From: Myxococcota bacterium
GTDB lineage: Bacteria; Myxococcota; JACRCW01
Length of the DNA: 64,000 nucleotides
Reading direction: 5' to 3'
NCBI GenBank assembly: GCA_040752415.1
Contig: JBFMGU010000004.1
Coordinates: 1-64,000, forward strand
Positions 1 through 10,438 of this stretch are shown here, piece by piece. A program made the translations under genes and the position numbers. Position 1 is the stretch's first letter, and every line of letters begins with the position of its first letter. The notes beneath the pieces were generated by a model, which saw only the letters and a program-made list of their open reading frames with translations, was not told the origin of the DNA and ran no database searches.

Positions 1-159
1 GAGGTGGCGGAGGGTCAGGAGCGGTCGCATGGGGGCATTGTCGCCGGAGCCAGCCCCGGTCGCCACTCCGCAGCGGGAGGGGGAACTTTGGGGCGCGGGC
101 CCCTCGCGGTAGATTGGTCGCCGCGTCCGGTCCTCAACTCCCGGCGCCAGGAAGAAGCT

Positions 160-1143
160 GTGGCCTACTTCAGCCCCGCAACCAAGGAGATCACGGCCAA
201 GATTGTCTACTACGGGCCGGGCATGTGCGGGAAAACCACCAACCTGCAGAAGGTCCACGAGCTGATGAAGCGGGAGATGCGCGGGGATCTCGTCAGCGTG
301 GCCACGGAAACCGACCGCACCATCTACTTCGACTTCCTGCCCATGAAGCTCGGCAAGATTGCCGGGTTTGACTTCGTCACGCGCGTGTTCACCGTGCCTG
401 GTCAGCCGTACTACGCGGAGACGCGTCGCATGGTGCTGCAGGGCGCCGACGCCGTGGTGTTCGTGGCGGACAGCCAGCGCTTCATGCTGGACCAGAACCG
501 CGAGAGCATGTTGGACCTGAAGAAGAACCTGAAGGCCAACAACCTGGACTGGGACACCATCCCCATGGTGATCCAGTACAACAAGCAGGACATGAAGGAC
601 CTCCTGGCCATCCAGGACCTGGAGTCGGCGCTCAACGAGCGCGGCGTTCCGCACTTCAAGGCCAGCGCGTACAACGGGACGGGCGTGGTGGAGACGCTGA
701 AGCACATCACGCTGGCGGTCTTCAAGCACGTGCGCGACGGCGGCGTCAGCGGCAAGAACCAGAAGATCCCCGAGCCCGCCGCGCCGCGTCCGCCCACGCG
801 CTCCATCTCCCTCCCCGAGCTGAAGCAGGCTCCCGCCGCGGGCTCGCCGCGACAGCCCAACACGCCCGCCCCCGTGGCTGGAGTGGCGCCGGCGGCCCGC
901 GCGGGTGGCAATGCTTCCACCTTGGAGCAGGAGGCCGCGCGCCTCGCCGGGAACGCCATCCAGGCCGCCGCGCCGCCCATGCCCAGCAAGGACGCCATTG
1001 CCGCGCAGGAATTCCAGAACCTGGCCGTGTTGCACCACCGCCTCGTCGAGCGCGTGTCCAACCTGGAGCAAGAGCTGCAGAAGATGAAGCGCGACCAGCA
1101 GGACATGAAGGCCATCATTGGCAAGAAGCTGCTGCGCGAGTGA
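160..1143 (+). CDS. mglA: MglA-family small GTPase with long Pro/Ala-rich and coiled-coil C-terminal extension
   Basis: KIVYYGPGMCGKTTNL (G1), TETDRTIYFDFLP, TVPGQ, GADAVVFVADSQ and NKQD match MglA. GTG at 160 follows AGGAAGAAG. Probably a paralog rather than the main mglA. Confidence 0.85.
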   Translation: MAYFSPATKEITAKIVYYGPGMCGKTTNLQKVHELMKREMRGDLVSVATETDRTIYFDFLPMKLGKIAGFDFVTRVFTVPGQPYYAETRRMVLQGADAVVFVADSQRFMLDQNRESMLDLKKNLKANNLDWDTIPMVIQYNKQDMKDLLAIQDLESALNERGVPHFKASAYNGTGVVETLKHITLAVFKHVRDGGVSGKNQKIPEPAAPRPPTRSISLPELKQAPAAGSPRQPNTPAPVAGVAPAARAGGNASTLEQEAARLAGNAIQAAAPPMPSKDAIAAQEFQNLAVLHHRLVERVSNLEQELQKMKRDQQDMKAIIGKKLLRE

Positions 1144-1175
1144 ACGGTGGTTGGGGCCGGGACGGCCGTGTGAGA

Positions 1176-1276
1176 AGGAAGTCAGGAGTCAGAAGTCAGA
1201 ATGGAGTCACGGCTCCGGCTTCGCGTGTTCCCGTCGTCACTTGCGTTCCATTCTGACTTCTGACTCCTGACTTCCT
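1176..1276. repeat. Perfect 30-bp inverted repeat built of heptamer-like units (STRR-like), 41-nt loop
   Basis: AGGAAGTCAGGAGTCAGAAGTCAGAATGGA at 1176-1205 and its exact reverse complement at 1247-1276. Confidence 0.9.
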
Positions 1277-1333
1277 GTTGCTGTCCCCGCGGACGCCACC
1301 GCGTGCCGCGCGCTCCTCCCGGAGACCTCCATC

Positions 1334-2749
1334 GTGCAATCAGGCCAGCTTGCGTGTGCCTCTGTCTGTTTCCTGCTGGGCGTGGGTGCCATCCCGCTCG
1401 CGCTCCGTGCGCAGGGCTCGCCCCCGTCGGGGGACATCCAGCTCGACGTGAAGGAAGCGGAGCTGCCCAACGGCCTCAAGGTCCTGATGGTGGAGGACCA
1501 CAGCGCGCCGGTGGTGAGCTTCCAGGTGTGGGTGAGGGTTGGCAGCAAGAATGAGCGGCCCGGCATCACCGGCATCAGCCACCTCTTCGAGCACATGATG
1601 TTCAAGGGCTCGAAGAAGTACGGCCCCGAGGAGCACGCGCGCATCGTCCAGTCCAACGGCGGCACGCTGAACGCGTTCACCACGTGGGACTCCACCGTCT
1701 ATTTCGAGAACTTCCCGTCGGAGAAGCTCCCGCTGGCCATGCAGCTCGAGTCGGAACGCTTCATGAACCTGGCCATCACTGACGAGACGCTGAAGACGGA
1801 GCGCGAGGTGGTGAAGGAGGAGCGTCGCTTCCGCACCGACAACACGCCCATTGGCCGCGCGCTGGAGGAGTTCATGGCGGTGGCCTTCAAGGCGCATCCC
1901 TACGGCTGGCCCGTGGTGGGCTGGATGACGGACCTGGACGCCATCACGCTGCAGGACTGCAAGGACTACTTCCGCACGCACTACGCGCCCAACAACGCCA
2001 TCGTCGTCATCGCCGGCGACTTCGTCCCCGCCGACGCGGAGGCGCAGGTCCGTCGGTACTTTGGCAAGTGGAAGCGCCAGCCGCCCCCGCCGCCCGTCGT
2101 CACCATGGAGCCGCCGCAGAAGGGTGAGCGCCGCGTGACGCTGAAGGCGCCGGTGCAGAACCCCATGCTGCTCGGAGGCTTCCACATTGGCGACTACACC
2201 AACGCCGACCTGCCCGCGCTCGAGGTGCTGAGCCAGATCCTCTCCGACGGAAAGAGCAGCCGGCTGTATCGCAAGCTCGTCTACGAGGATCAGACGGCGC
2301 TCTCCGCCGAGGGCGCGGTCCTCAAGATGCAGCACCCCGGTGTGTTCTACGCGTACGCGTCGGTGAAGCCGGGCGAGGATCCCCGCAAGGTGGAGGACGC
2401 GTTCTTCAAGGAGCTGGACCGTTTCAAGACGGAGCCGGTCAGCGACCGCGAGCTGCAGAAGGCGCAGAACGGATTGGAGTCGGGCTTCGTCTTCTCGCTC
2501 AAGCGCGTCTACTCGCTGGGCATGAGCGTGGGCGAGGCGCAGCTGATGGGTGGTGACTGGCGTCTCGTCAACCAGCGACTCAGCCGGTACCGCGCCGTGA
2601 CCAAGGAAGACCTCATGCGCGTGGCGCAGACGTATTTCACCGTCGACAACCGCACGCTGGTCACCCTGGTCCCCGAGAAGTCCGTCGAGCCGTCCGCCGC
2701 GCCTGCACCCAAGGCCCCCGCCGCGCCGCCCGCGCGCCAGCCCCGCTGA
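1334..2749 (+). CDS. Secreted M16 (pitrilysin-like) zinc peptidase, catalytic subunit
   Basis: Signal peptide; inverted zinc motif HLFEH in GISHLFEHMMFKGS; NAFTT; EREVVKEERR. Confidence 0.92.
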   Translation: MQSGQLACASVCFLLGVGAIPLALRAQGSPPSGDIQLDVKEAELPNGLKVLMVEDHSAPVVSFQVWVRVGSKNERPGITGISHLFEHMMFKGSKKYGPEEHARIVQSNGGTLNAFTTWDSTVYFENFPSEKLPLAMQLESERFMNLAITDETLKTEREVVKEERRFRTDNTPIGRALEEFMAVAFKAHPYGWPVVGWMTDLDAITLQDCKDYFRTHYAPNNAIVVIAGDFVPADAEAQVRRYFGKWKRQPPPPPVVTMEPPQKGERRVTLKAPVQNPMLLGGFHIGDYTNADLPALEVLSQILSDGKSSRLYRKLVYEDQTALSAEGAVLKMQHPGVFYAYASVKPGEDPRKVEDAFFKELDRFKTEPVSDRELQKAQNGLESGFVFSLKRVYSLGMSVGEAQLMGGDWRLVNQRLSRYRAVTKEDLMRVAQTYFTVDNRTLVTLVPEKSVEPSAAPAPKAPAAPPARQPR

Positions 2750-2758
2750 GGAGCCACC

Positions 2759-4162
2759 ATGCAACCCAACCGCTCCTACCGCTCCCTGCTGCGTGTCGTC
2801 GTCACCGTGGCGCTGCTGCTTCCGTGGTTGCGTGCTTCCGCCGTGGGCGAGGACGTGGTGGAGGCCCGCTTTGGCAATGGCATGCGGGTGCTTCTCGTCG
2901 AGAATCACAAGCTGCCCACGGTGGTCATCTCCGTGATGTTCAAGGGCGCCGGTGGCTACGCCGACCCCGCGGGCAAGGCCGGTCTCGCCGCCATGACCGC
3001 CGCGCTGTTGCGGGAAGGCACGCGCACCCGCTCCGCCAAGGACATCGCCGACCAGGTGGACTTCCTCGGTGCCAGCCTGGGTGCGTCGGCGGATTGGGAC
3101 CGCGCCACGGTGAATGCCAGCGCGCTCTCCCGGGACACCGCCACGATTCTCGAGCTGATGGCGGACATCACGCTGCGTCCGGCGTTCAAGGCGGAGGAGG
3201 TGGAACGTCGTCGGTCCCAGGTGCTGGGCGCCATCACGCAGAGCCTGGATGACGCCGACGGATTGGCGGTGAAGGCGTTCCAGCGCTTCCTGCTGGGCAC
3301 GCATCCCTATGGGTTCCCGCTCATCGGCCTGCACAAGACGGTCAGCTCCATCACGCGTGACGATATCGCCGCCTTCCACGCCGCCAACTACCGCGCCGAC
3401 AACGCGGTTCTCGTCGTGGCGGGCGACTTCAAGCCGGACACGCTGCTGCCCATGCTGGAGAAGGCGCTGGGAACCTTCCGTCCCGGCACCGTCCCCGCAC
3501 CGCCGCCGGCGCCGGAGCCCGTTCCGCGCAAGGCGCGCATCCTCCTGCTGGACAAGCCGGACCTCACGCAGGCGAAGATCACCTTCGGTCACCTGGGCAT
3601 CCCGCGGGAGCATCCCGACTATTACGCCGCCGTCGTCATGAACACGATCCTCGGCGGTGGCGGGTTCCTCTCACGCCTGTCCAACGTGGTGCGCTCCAAG
3701 CTGGGACTCACCTACAACATCCGCAGCGGTTTCGACGCGCGGAAGCTCGGCGGCACCTGGTCCATCACCAGCTTCACCAGGACGGAGACCGCCGTCGACG
3801 CCATCAAGGCCGCCATGGCCGAGATTGACCGGCTGCAACAGGGTGGCGTCACGTCCAAGGAGTTGTCGGAGATCCAGGGTTATCTCGTCGGGTCGTTTGC
3901 GTTGGGCATGGAGACGCCGGAGGCCCGCGCAGGGCTGCTGCTCAGCGCGGACCTCTACAACCTGGGCCTGGACTACATCCGCACCTACCCCACGAAGATC
4001 CGTGCGGTGACGGCGCAGGACGTGGCGCGCGCGGCGCAGTCGCTGCTGAATGTGGGCATCCTGCGGTTTGTCGTCGTGGGGAATGCCAGCAAGCTGGAGG
4101 CCGCGCTGTCCACGTTGGGCACGGTGGAGACGCGCCCGCACACGGAGTGGGACGAGATCTGA
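2759..4162 (+). CDS. M16 peptidase family, non-catalytic partner subunit
   Basis: M16-like segments (GLAAMTAALLREGT, HPYG, ILGGGGFLSRL) without HXXEH; directly downstream of the catalytic subunit. Confidence 0.88.
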   Translation: MQPNRSYRSLLRVVVTVALLLPWLRASAVGEDVVEARFGNGMRVLLVENHKLPTVVISVMFKGAGGYADPAGKAGLAAMTAALLREGTRTRSAKDIADQVDFLGASLGASADWDRATVNASALSRDTATILELMADITLRPAFKAEEVERRRSQVLGAITQSLDDADGLAVKAFQRFLLGTHPYGFPLIGLHKTVSSITRDDIAAFHAANYRADNAVLVVAGDFKPDTLLPMLEKALGTFRPGTVPAPPPAPEPVPRKARILLLDKPDLTQAKITFGHLGIPREHPDYYAAVVMNTILGGGGFLSRLSNVVRSKLGLTYNIRSGFDARKLGGTWSITSFTRTETAVDAIKAAMAEIDRLQQGGVTSKELSEIQGYLVGSFALGMETPEARAGLLLSADLYNLGLDYIRTYPTKIRAVTAQDVARAAQSLLNVGILRFVVVGNASKLEAALSTLGTVETRPHTEWDEI

Positions 4163-4265
4163 CGCGGTCACGCCACATTGGCGACGCGCGTCGACGAGAC
4201 GGACCGCGCGGGTACCCCGGTGCGTCAGGTAGGCTTGCGGGCAGCAAGGCCTCGTGGAGATCACC

Positions 4266-5609
4266 ATGTCCGACCTGATGGCGGCGCGTTCGCTCATGGC
4301 GCTGTCGCTGGCGTTCCACATCGTTTTCGCGGCCATTGGGATGGCCATGCCGTTGCTGATGGTGCTGGCGGAAGCCCAGTGGCTGCGCACCTCCGACGCC
4401 GCGTGGCGCACGCTCGCCCGACGGTGGGCACGCGGCGCGGGCATCCTGTTTGCCGTGGGGGCCGTCTCCGGCACGGTGCTCAGCCTGGAGCTGGGCATGT
4501 TGTTCCCCGCCTTCATGCGCGTGGCCGGCCCCGTCCTGGGCATGCCGTTCTCCCTCGAGGGATTGGCCTTCTTCACCGAGGCCATCTTCCTGGGCATCTA
4601 CCTCTACGGCTGGGACCGCGTTGCCCCGCGCTGGCACGTGCTGTCCGGCGTGATGGTGGCGCTGGCCGGAGTGACGTCGGCGGGCTTTGTGGTCACCGCC
4701 AATGCGTGGATGAACACCCCCACCGGTTTCACCATCGAGAATGGCGTCGTCACGCAGGTGGACGTGTGGGCGGCAATTGCGAACCCCGCCGCGGTCTCGG
4801 AGGTCATCCACATGGTGCTGGCGGCGTACGTCGCCGTGGGTTTCGGCGTGGCGGGCCTCCACGCCTGGTTGATTGCCCGGGGCAACGTGGCGCCCATGCA
4901 CCGCCGTGCCGTGCCGTTGGCGCTCTCCGTGGGGAGCGTGGCCATGGTGCTCCAGTTGTTGAGTGGTCATGAAGCCGCGGTGATGGTGGCCAAGACCCAG
5001 CCCGCCAAGGCCGCGGCCATGGAGGCGCTGTGGGACACGCAACGCTGCGCACCCATGGAGCTTGGCGGTTACAGCGACGACGAGGCCGAGCGGGTCATTG
5101 GCGCCATCCGCATCCCGTGCCTCCTCTCGCTGATGACCTACGGCAGTCTCGACGCCGAGATGAAAGGCCTCAAGGCCTGGCCGCCGCAGGACCGCCCGCG
5201 CTCCTCCGTGGTGCACTTCGCGTTTGACCTCATGGTGGGCTGCGGCATGGCACTGCTGTTGACGGCGCTGTGGTGGGGCCTGCTGGTTCTCCGACGTCAG
5301 CCATGGTGGGAGCGGCGGGGGTTCCTCACCGTGTTGGGCTTGGCCACACCGCTGGGCTTCGTGGCGATCGAGGCCGGGTGGGTCGTGGCGGAGGTGGGAC
5401 GTCAGCCGTGGGTCATCCAGGACGTCATGCGCACCTCCGAGGCCGTCACCACCGTCCCCGACCTCACCGTGCCGCTCTTCGTCTTCGCCGCGCTGTACGC
5501 GGTGCTGGCGCTCACCGTGGTGCTGCTGATGCGCGTCGAGGTGTTGCAGCAGGATGATGGCGCGCGGCATGAGCCCACGTCCGACGCGGAGGTGCCCCGT
5601 GCTGCCTGA
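4266..5609 (+). CDS. cydA: Cytochrome bd ubiquinol oxidase subunit I (short Q-loop type)
   Basis: LAFHIVF, ANAWMNTPTG, QPAKAAAME, EAGWVVAEVGRQPW motifs. Confidence 0.93.
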   Translation: MSDLMAARSLMALSLAFHIVFAAIGMAMPLLMVLAEAQWLRTSDAAWRTLARRWARGAGILFAVGAVSGTVLSLELGMLFPAFMRVAGPVLGMPFSLEGLAFFTEAIFLGIYLYGWDRVAPRWHVLSGVMVALAGVTSAGFVVTANAWMNTPTGFTIENGVVTQVDVWAAIANPAAVSEVIHMVLAAYVAVGFGVAGLHAWLIARGNVAPMHRRAVPLALSVGSVAMVLQLLSGHEAAVMVAKTQPAKAAAMEALWDTQRCAPMELGGYSDDEAERVIGAIRIPCLLSLMTYGSLDAEMKGLKAWPPQDRPRSSVVHFAFDLMVGCGMALLLTALWWGLLVLRRQPWWERRGFLTVLGLATPLGFVAIEAGWVVAEVGRQPWVIQDVMRTSEAVTTVPDLTVPLFVFAALYAVLALTVVLLMRVEVLQQDDGARHEPTSDAEVPRAA

Positions 5610-6615
5610 CGTGTTGCTGGCAAGCTTCCTGGTGATCTTCCTGTGGGTCTACACGCTCTCGGGTGGGGCGGACTTCGGCTGCGGCGTGTGGGACGGCCTG
5701 GCGTCCGGTCCACGACGTCACCAGCAGCGCCAGCTCATCAAGACCGCGCTGGGGCCCATCTGGGAGGCCAACCACGTGTGGCTGATTGTGGTCGTGGTGG
5801 TGATGTTCGCCTGCTTCCCCTTGGCGTGGTCCGCCATCACCACCACGTTGTTCATCCCCCTCACCACCATGCTGCTGGGCATTGTGCTGCGGGGAAGCGC
5901 CTTTGTGTTCCGCTCCCACGCCGGGCCCTACGTGGAGGTGCGTCGACAGTGGAGCGTGCTGTTCGCGGTGGCCAGCACGGTCACGCCGGTGATGTTGGGA
6001 ACCTGCCTGGCCGCCGTGGCCACCGGGCGCATCCGGATGGACGTGAAAACCGGGAAGGTCACCACCAACTTCTTTGACGCGTGGCTCGCGCCGTTTCCTC
6101 TCGCCGTGGGCGTGATGACCTTGCTGCTGACGTCGTTCCTCGCCGCCATCTACCTTGCCGTGGAGGCACGGGAAGGCGCGCTGCAGGATGACTTCCGACA
6201 GCGCGGGCTCATGGCCGGCGTGCTGCTGGGCGTGGTGGCGCTGGGCACGCTGGCGCTGGCCCGCACCGGCGCGCCGCATCTCTGGCAGGGCCTGGTGCAC
6301 CAGCCGTGGAGCATCCCCTGGCAGGTTGGCACCGGCGGTGTCTCGGTGGCGGCGTTGGTGCTCCTGTGGCGACGTCGGTTCACGGTGGCGCGTGTCCTCG
6401 CGGGTGCGCAGACCGCCGGCGTGGTGTGGGGCTTTGGCCTGGCCATGCGTCCCTACGTGGTGGTGCCGGACGTTCCACTCGGCGTGGGCATGGCTCCGCT
6501 CTCGGTGCAGTGGTCGGTGACGTGGGTGCTGCTGTTGGGAACGCCCGTGCTGGTGCCGGCGTTCTATGCCCTGTTCCGCATCTTCAAGGGGAGCCGGAGC
6601 GCCTCGGTGGCTTGA
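5599..6615 (+). CDS. cydB: Cytochrome bd ubiquinol oxidase subunit II
   Basis: GGADFGCG, GPIWEANHVWLI, GIVLRGSAFVFR; follows cydA; GTG start at 5599 inferred. Confidence 0.92.
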   Translation: MLPDVLLASFLVIFLWVYTLSGGADFGCGVWDGLASGPRRHQQRQLIKTALGPIWEANHVWLIVVVVVMFACFPLAWSAITTTLFIPLTTMLLGIVLRGSAFVFRSHAGPYVEVRRQWSVLFAVASTVTPVMLGTCLAAVATGRIRMDVKTGKVTTNFFDAWLAPFPLAVGVMTLLLTSFLAAIYLAVEAREGALQDDFRQRGLMAGVLLGVVALGTLALARTGAPHLWQGLVHQPWSIPWQVGTGGVSVAALVLLWRRRFTVARVLAGAQTAGVVWGFGLAMRPYVVVPDVPLGVGMAPLSVQWSVTWVLLLGTPVLVPAFYALFRIFKGSRSASVA

Positions 6616-6679
6616 GGCTTGCGCCATCCATCTCGCTTGAGCAGGCTTCCGTTGGGGCTGGTCGACGGTCGCGAGGTGC

Positions 6680-8416
6680 GTGATGGCTTCGGTCGTCATC
6701 AAGGACGGCTTGTTCTTCGACGGGTGCGGCGGCGAAGGCGTGCTCGCCAACGTGGGCATTGAGGACGGAAAGGTCACCCGCATCAGCACCGGCCCGCTGG
6801 TGGCGCCGCTGGACGCGCAGGTCGTCGACGCGCGCGGCTGCTGGGTCATGCCCGGCTTCATCGACCTGCACACGCACTACGACGCCGAGGTGGAGGTCCT
6901 GCCGGAGCTCGGCGAGTCGGTGCGGCACGGCGTGACGACGGTGGTGATGGGGAGTTGCAGCCTCAGCCTGACGGTGGGCTCACCGGTGAACCTGGCGGAC
7001 ATGTTCTGTCGCGTGGAGGCCATCCCTCGTCGGGTGGTGCTGCCCATGCTGCAGGAGAGGAAGGACTGGGACGGCCCACGAGCGTACTTCCAGCACCTCG
7101 AGAAGCTCCCGCTGGGGCCGAACGTGGCGGCGTTCCTGGGACACTCCACCATCCGCGCGGAAGCCATGGGCATGGAGCGCGCGCTCCACAAGGGCATCAC
7201 CCCCACCCACGACGAGCTGCGCAGGATGGAAAGCATGCTCGGCGAGGCGCTCGACGAGGGCTACCTGGGTCTCTCCATCATGACGCTGGGCTGGGACAAG
7301 ATGGACGGTGAGCAGTTCCGCAGCCGGCCGCTTCCGTCGGTGTTCGCCCGCTGGAGTGAGTACCGCCACTTCCTGCGCATGCTGCGCGCACGTGACCGCA
7401 TCTTCCAGGCCGTGCCCGACATCAGCCTGCGCGTGAACATCCCGCTGTTCATGCTGGCCAGCATGGGGCTGTTCCGTCGGAAGCTGCGCACCACCATCAT
7501 CACGCTCGCGGACATCCGCTCCGACCGCATCGCCGTGCACGTGGCGGGTTGGCTCTCCCGCTTCTTCAACGCGCTGGGCGCGGACTTCCGCTGGCAGGCG
7601 CAGCCGCACCTCATAGACCTCTACGCCGACGGGATGGACCTGGTGGTGTTCGAGGAGTTCGGCGCCGGTGCCGCCGCGCTGCACTACGAGAAACACGCCG
7701 ACCGCGCGAAGCTCCTCGACGATCCCGCGTACCGCGAGCAGTTCAAGAAGCAGTGGTACAACCGGCTGCGCCCGCGCGCGTTCCACCGCAACCTGCGTCA
7801 CTCCGAGATCCTGGCGTGCCCGGATGGTTCCGTCGTGGGGAAGAGCTTTGCGCAGCTGGGCGCGGATCAGGGCCGGGACCCGGTGGACGTGTTCCTGGAC
7901 CTGGTGGTGAAACACGGGACCGCGTTGCGCTGGCATTCCGTCGTGGGAAATGACCGTGAAGACGTGCTGCACGCGATCATGAACCACCCGGACATCCTCA
8001 TCGGCTTCTCGGATTCCGGCGCGCACCTGCGCAACATGGCCTACTACAACTACCCGCTGCGCATGCTGCAGCTGGTCCAGCAGGCCATCTCCGACGGAAA
8101 CCCGTTCATGACGGTGGGCCGCGCCGTGCAGCGTCTCACGCAGGAGATTGGCCAGTGGCTGGGGATCGACGCGGGCACGTTGATGGTGGGGCGGCGCGCT
8201 GACGTGGTGGTGGTGGACCCGGCGCGGCTCAATGTTGACGTGCACCAGATCCATGAGCAGGAGATGGAGGGCTTCGGACTGAAGCGGTTGGTGCGTCGGA
8301 ATGACGACGCCGTGAAGGCGGTGCTCATCAACGGACACGTGGCGTTCCAGGGAGGCGCGTTCCACCCGCGGCTGGGGAAGGAACGCGGGTTCGGCCAGGT
8401 GCTGCGCGCGAAGTGA
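6680..8416 (+). CDS. N-acyl-D-amino-acid deacylase family amidohydrolase
   Basis: PGFIDLHTHYD, HGVTTVVMGSCS, SDSGAH, ADVVVVDP. Confidence 0.85.
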   Translation: MMASVVIKDGLFFDGCGGEGVLANVGIEDGKVTRISTGPLVAPLDAQVVDARGCWVMPGFIDLHTHYDAEVEVLPELGESVRHGVTTVVMGSCSLSLTVGSPVNLADMFCRVEAIPRRVVLPMLQERKDWDGPRAYFQHLEKLPLGPNVAAFLGHSTIRAEAMGMERALHKGITPTHDELRRMESMLGEALDEGYLGLSIMTLGWDKMDGEQFRSRPLPSVFARWSEYRHFLRMLRARDRIFQAVPDISLRVNIPLFMLASMGLFRRKLRTTIITLADIRSDRIAVHVAGWLSRFFNALGADFRWQAQPHLIDLYADGMDLVVFEEFGAGAAALHYEKHADRAKLLDDPAYREQFKKQWYNRLRPRAFHRNLRHSEILACPDGSVVGKSFAQLGADQGRDPVDVFLDLVVKHGTALRWHSVVGNDREDVLHAIMNHPDILIGFSDSGAHLRNMAYYNYPLRMLQLVQQAISDGNPFMTVGRAVQRLTQEIGQWLGIDAGTLMVGRRADVVVVDPARLNVDVHQIHEQEMEGFGLKRLVRRNDDAVKAVLINGHVAFQGGAFHPRLGKERGFGQVLRAK

Positions 8417-8546
8417 CGGCCTGATCCCGCGGCCGGTCCCCACGTTCCCTGGGAATGCTCCGTGACGACGTGCGCCAACCGGTGGCGCGGCCTGGACCCG
8501 GGCAGGGATTGCCCCGCTTCCCACGCGCGTGTTAGCCGCCACGCCC

Positions 8547-9467
8547 ATGACCGTCGTTGACCTCGACATCACCAAGCGCACGCCCGCGTCGCTGCAGCTC
8601 CCGCCCACGGACCAGCCCGGCCCGCGCGGCATCCCCAACGGCACGCTGGCCCGGCTCGCGGATGAGTTCCGCCTGGACATCGTGGAGATGATCACCCGCG
8701 CGGGCAGCGGGCATCCCGGCGGCAGCTTCTCCGCCGTCAACATCATCACCACGCTCCTCTTTGACGAGATGCGCCACCGTCCCCGGGAGCCCCGCTGGGC
8801 GGACCGCGACCGGCTGGTGCTCTCCAAGGGCCACGCCGTGCCCGCGCTCTACGCACCGCTGGCGCGCCTGGGCTACTTCCCGCGTGAGGAGCTGTGGACG
8901 CTGCGCAAGCTTGGCAGCCGCCTGCAGGGCCACCCGGCCAACATGCTCTGCCCGGGCATCGAGGCCTCCACGGGAAGTCTGGGGCAGGGCCTCAGCGTGG
9001 CGCAGGGCATGGCGCTGGCGGCCAAGCTGGATGGCAAGGACGGCACGCCGCGCTACCGCGTCTACTGCATCCTCGGCGACGGCGAGAGCCAGGAAGGCCA
9101 GGTGTGGGAGACGGCCATGAGCGCGCCGCGCCACAAGGTCACCAACCTGACCGTGTTCGTGGACTGCAACCAGGGCCAGATCGACGGGCTGGTGAAGGAC
9201 GTCATGGACCTGGAGCCGTTCGTCGACAAGTGGAAGTCGTTCAACTGGAACGTGCTCACCATTGACGGTCACGACTTCGACCAGATCAAGCGCGCCCTGG
9301 CCGCGGCCCGCGCGGAGACGGGCAAGCCCACCGTGGTCATTGCGCGCACGCACAAGGGCGTGGGGGCCAGGATCTTCGAGAAGGACATTGTGGGCTGGCA
9401 CGGCAAGTCACCGTCCCGCCAGGAGGCCGACGAGGCCATCCGCGACATCCTCGGGAGGCTCTCATGA
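8547..9467 (+). CDS. Transketolase, N-terminal (TPP-binding) subunit
   Basis: SGHPGGS, RDRLVLSKGHA, GSLGQG, GDGESQEG. Confidence 0.92.
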   Translation: MTVVDLDITKRTPASLQLPPTDQPGPRGIPNGTLARLADEFRLDIVEMITRAGSGHPGGSFSAVNIITTLLFDEMRHRPREPRWADRDRLVLSKGHAVPALYAPLARLGYFPREELWTLRKLGSRLQGHPANMLCPGIEASTGSLGQGLSVAQGMALAAKLDGKDGTPRYRVYCILGDGESQEGQVWETAMSAPRHKVTNLTVFVDCNQGQIDGLVKDVMDLEPFVDKWKSFNWNVLTIDGHDFDQIKRALAAARAETGKPTVVIARTHKGVGARIFEKDIVGWHGKSPSRQEADEAIRDILGRLS

Positions 9468-10414
9468 CGACGACGACCGCAGCCAAGCCCGCCGCCACGC
9501 GTGAAGCGTTCGGCACTTCGCTCGAGGAGGTGGGCAAGGAGTTCAGCCACGTGGTGGTGCTGGACGCCGACCTCTCCAAGAGCACCATGAGCATGAAGTT
9601 CGGCAAGAGCTTCCCGGACCGCTTCTTCGAGATGGGCATCCAGGAAGCCAACATGATCGGCACCGCGGCGGGCCTGGCGCTCGGCGGGAAGGTGCCGTTC
9701 TGCTGCAGCTTTGCGTGCTTCCTCACCGGCCGGTTTGACCAGATCAAGATGAGCGTGGCGTACAGCGGCGCCAACGTCCGCCTCATTGGCACGCACGCGG
9801 GCGTGGGCATTGGCCCCGACGGGTACAGCCAGCAGGGCCTGGAAGACCTGGCGCTCATGCGCAGCCTGCCCACCATGGCCGTCCTGCAGCCCGCCGACGA
9901 CGTGGAGACCGCGCAGATGATTCGCGCGCTGGTCACCCACCAGGGCCCCGCCTACGTGCGCCTCACCCGCCAGAAGCTGCCCCGCGTCCACGACGAGAAG
10001 TACCGCTTCGAGCTGGGGAAGCTGGACGTCCTGCGGGAGCACGGCACCGACGCGCTGCTGCTGGGCACTGGTGGCACCGTGGGGTTTGCCGTGGAGGCGG
10101 CGGAGAAGCTGGCCAAGGAGGGCCTGAGGCTCACCGTGGGCAACGTGCACAGCATCAAACCGCTGGACGTCTCCACGCTGACGGCGTTGGCGCGCAAGTG
10201 CGGCCGCGTCATCACGGTGGAGGATCACAACGTGCTGGGCGGCATGGGCGGCGCGGTGGCGGAGGCGTTGAGCGAGACCCACCCGGTGCCGGTCAAGCGG
10301 CTTGGCATCCAGGATGTCTTCGGAGAGAGTGGGGAGCCGGAGGATTTGTACCGCCTCCACAAGCTGGACACCGAGGGAATCATCGAGAGCGTTCGGCAGT
10401 TCGTGAAGCGCTGA
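9464..10414 (+). CDS. Transketolase, C-terminal subunit
   Basis: LDADLSKST, GIQEANM, GPDGYSQQ, TVEDH; ATGA overlap with the N-terminal gene. Confidence 0.92.
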   Translation: MTTTTAAKPAATREAFGTSLEEVGKEFSHVVVLDADLSKSTMSMKFGKSFPDRFFEMGIQEANMIGTAAGLALGGKVPFCCSFACFLTGRFDQIKMSVAYSGANVRLIGTHAGVGIGPDGYSQQGLEDLALMRSLPTMAVLQPADDVETAQMIRALVTHQGPAYVRLTRQKLPRVHDEKYRFELGKLDVLREHGTDALLLGTGGTVGFAVEAAEKLAKEGLRLTVGNVHSIKPLDVSTLTALARKCGRVITVEDHNVLGGMGGAVAEALSETHPVPVKRLGIQDVFGESGEPEDLYRLHKLDTEGIIESVRQFVKR

Positions 10415-10438
10415 CGGGCACGTCTCATCGGAGGCAGC

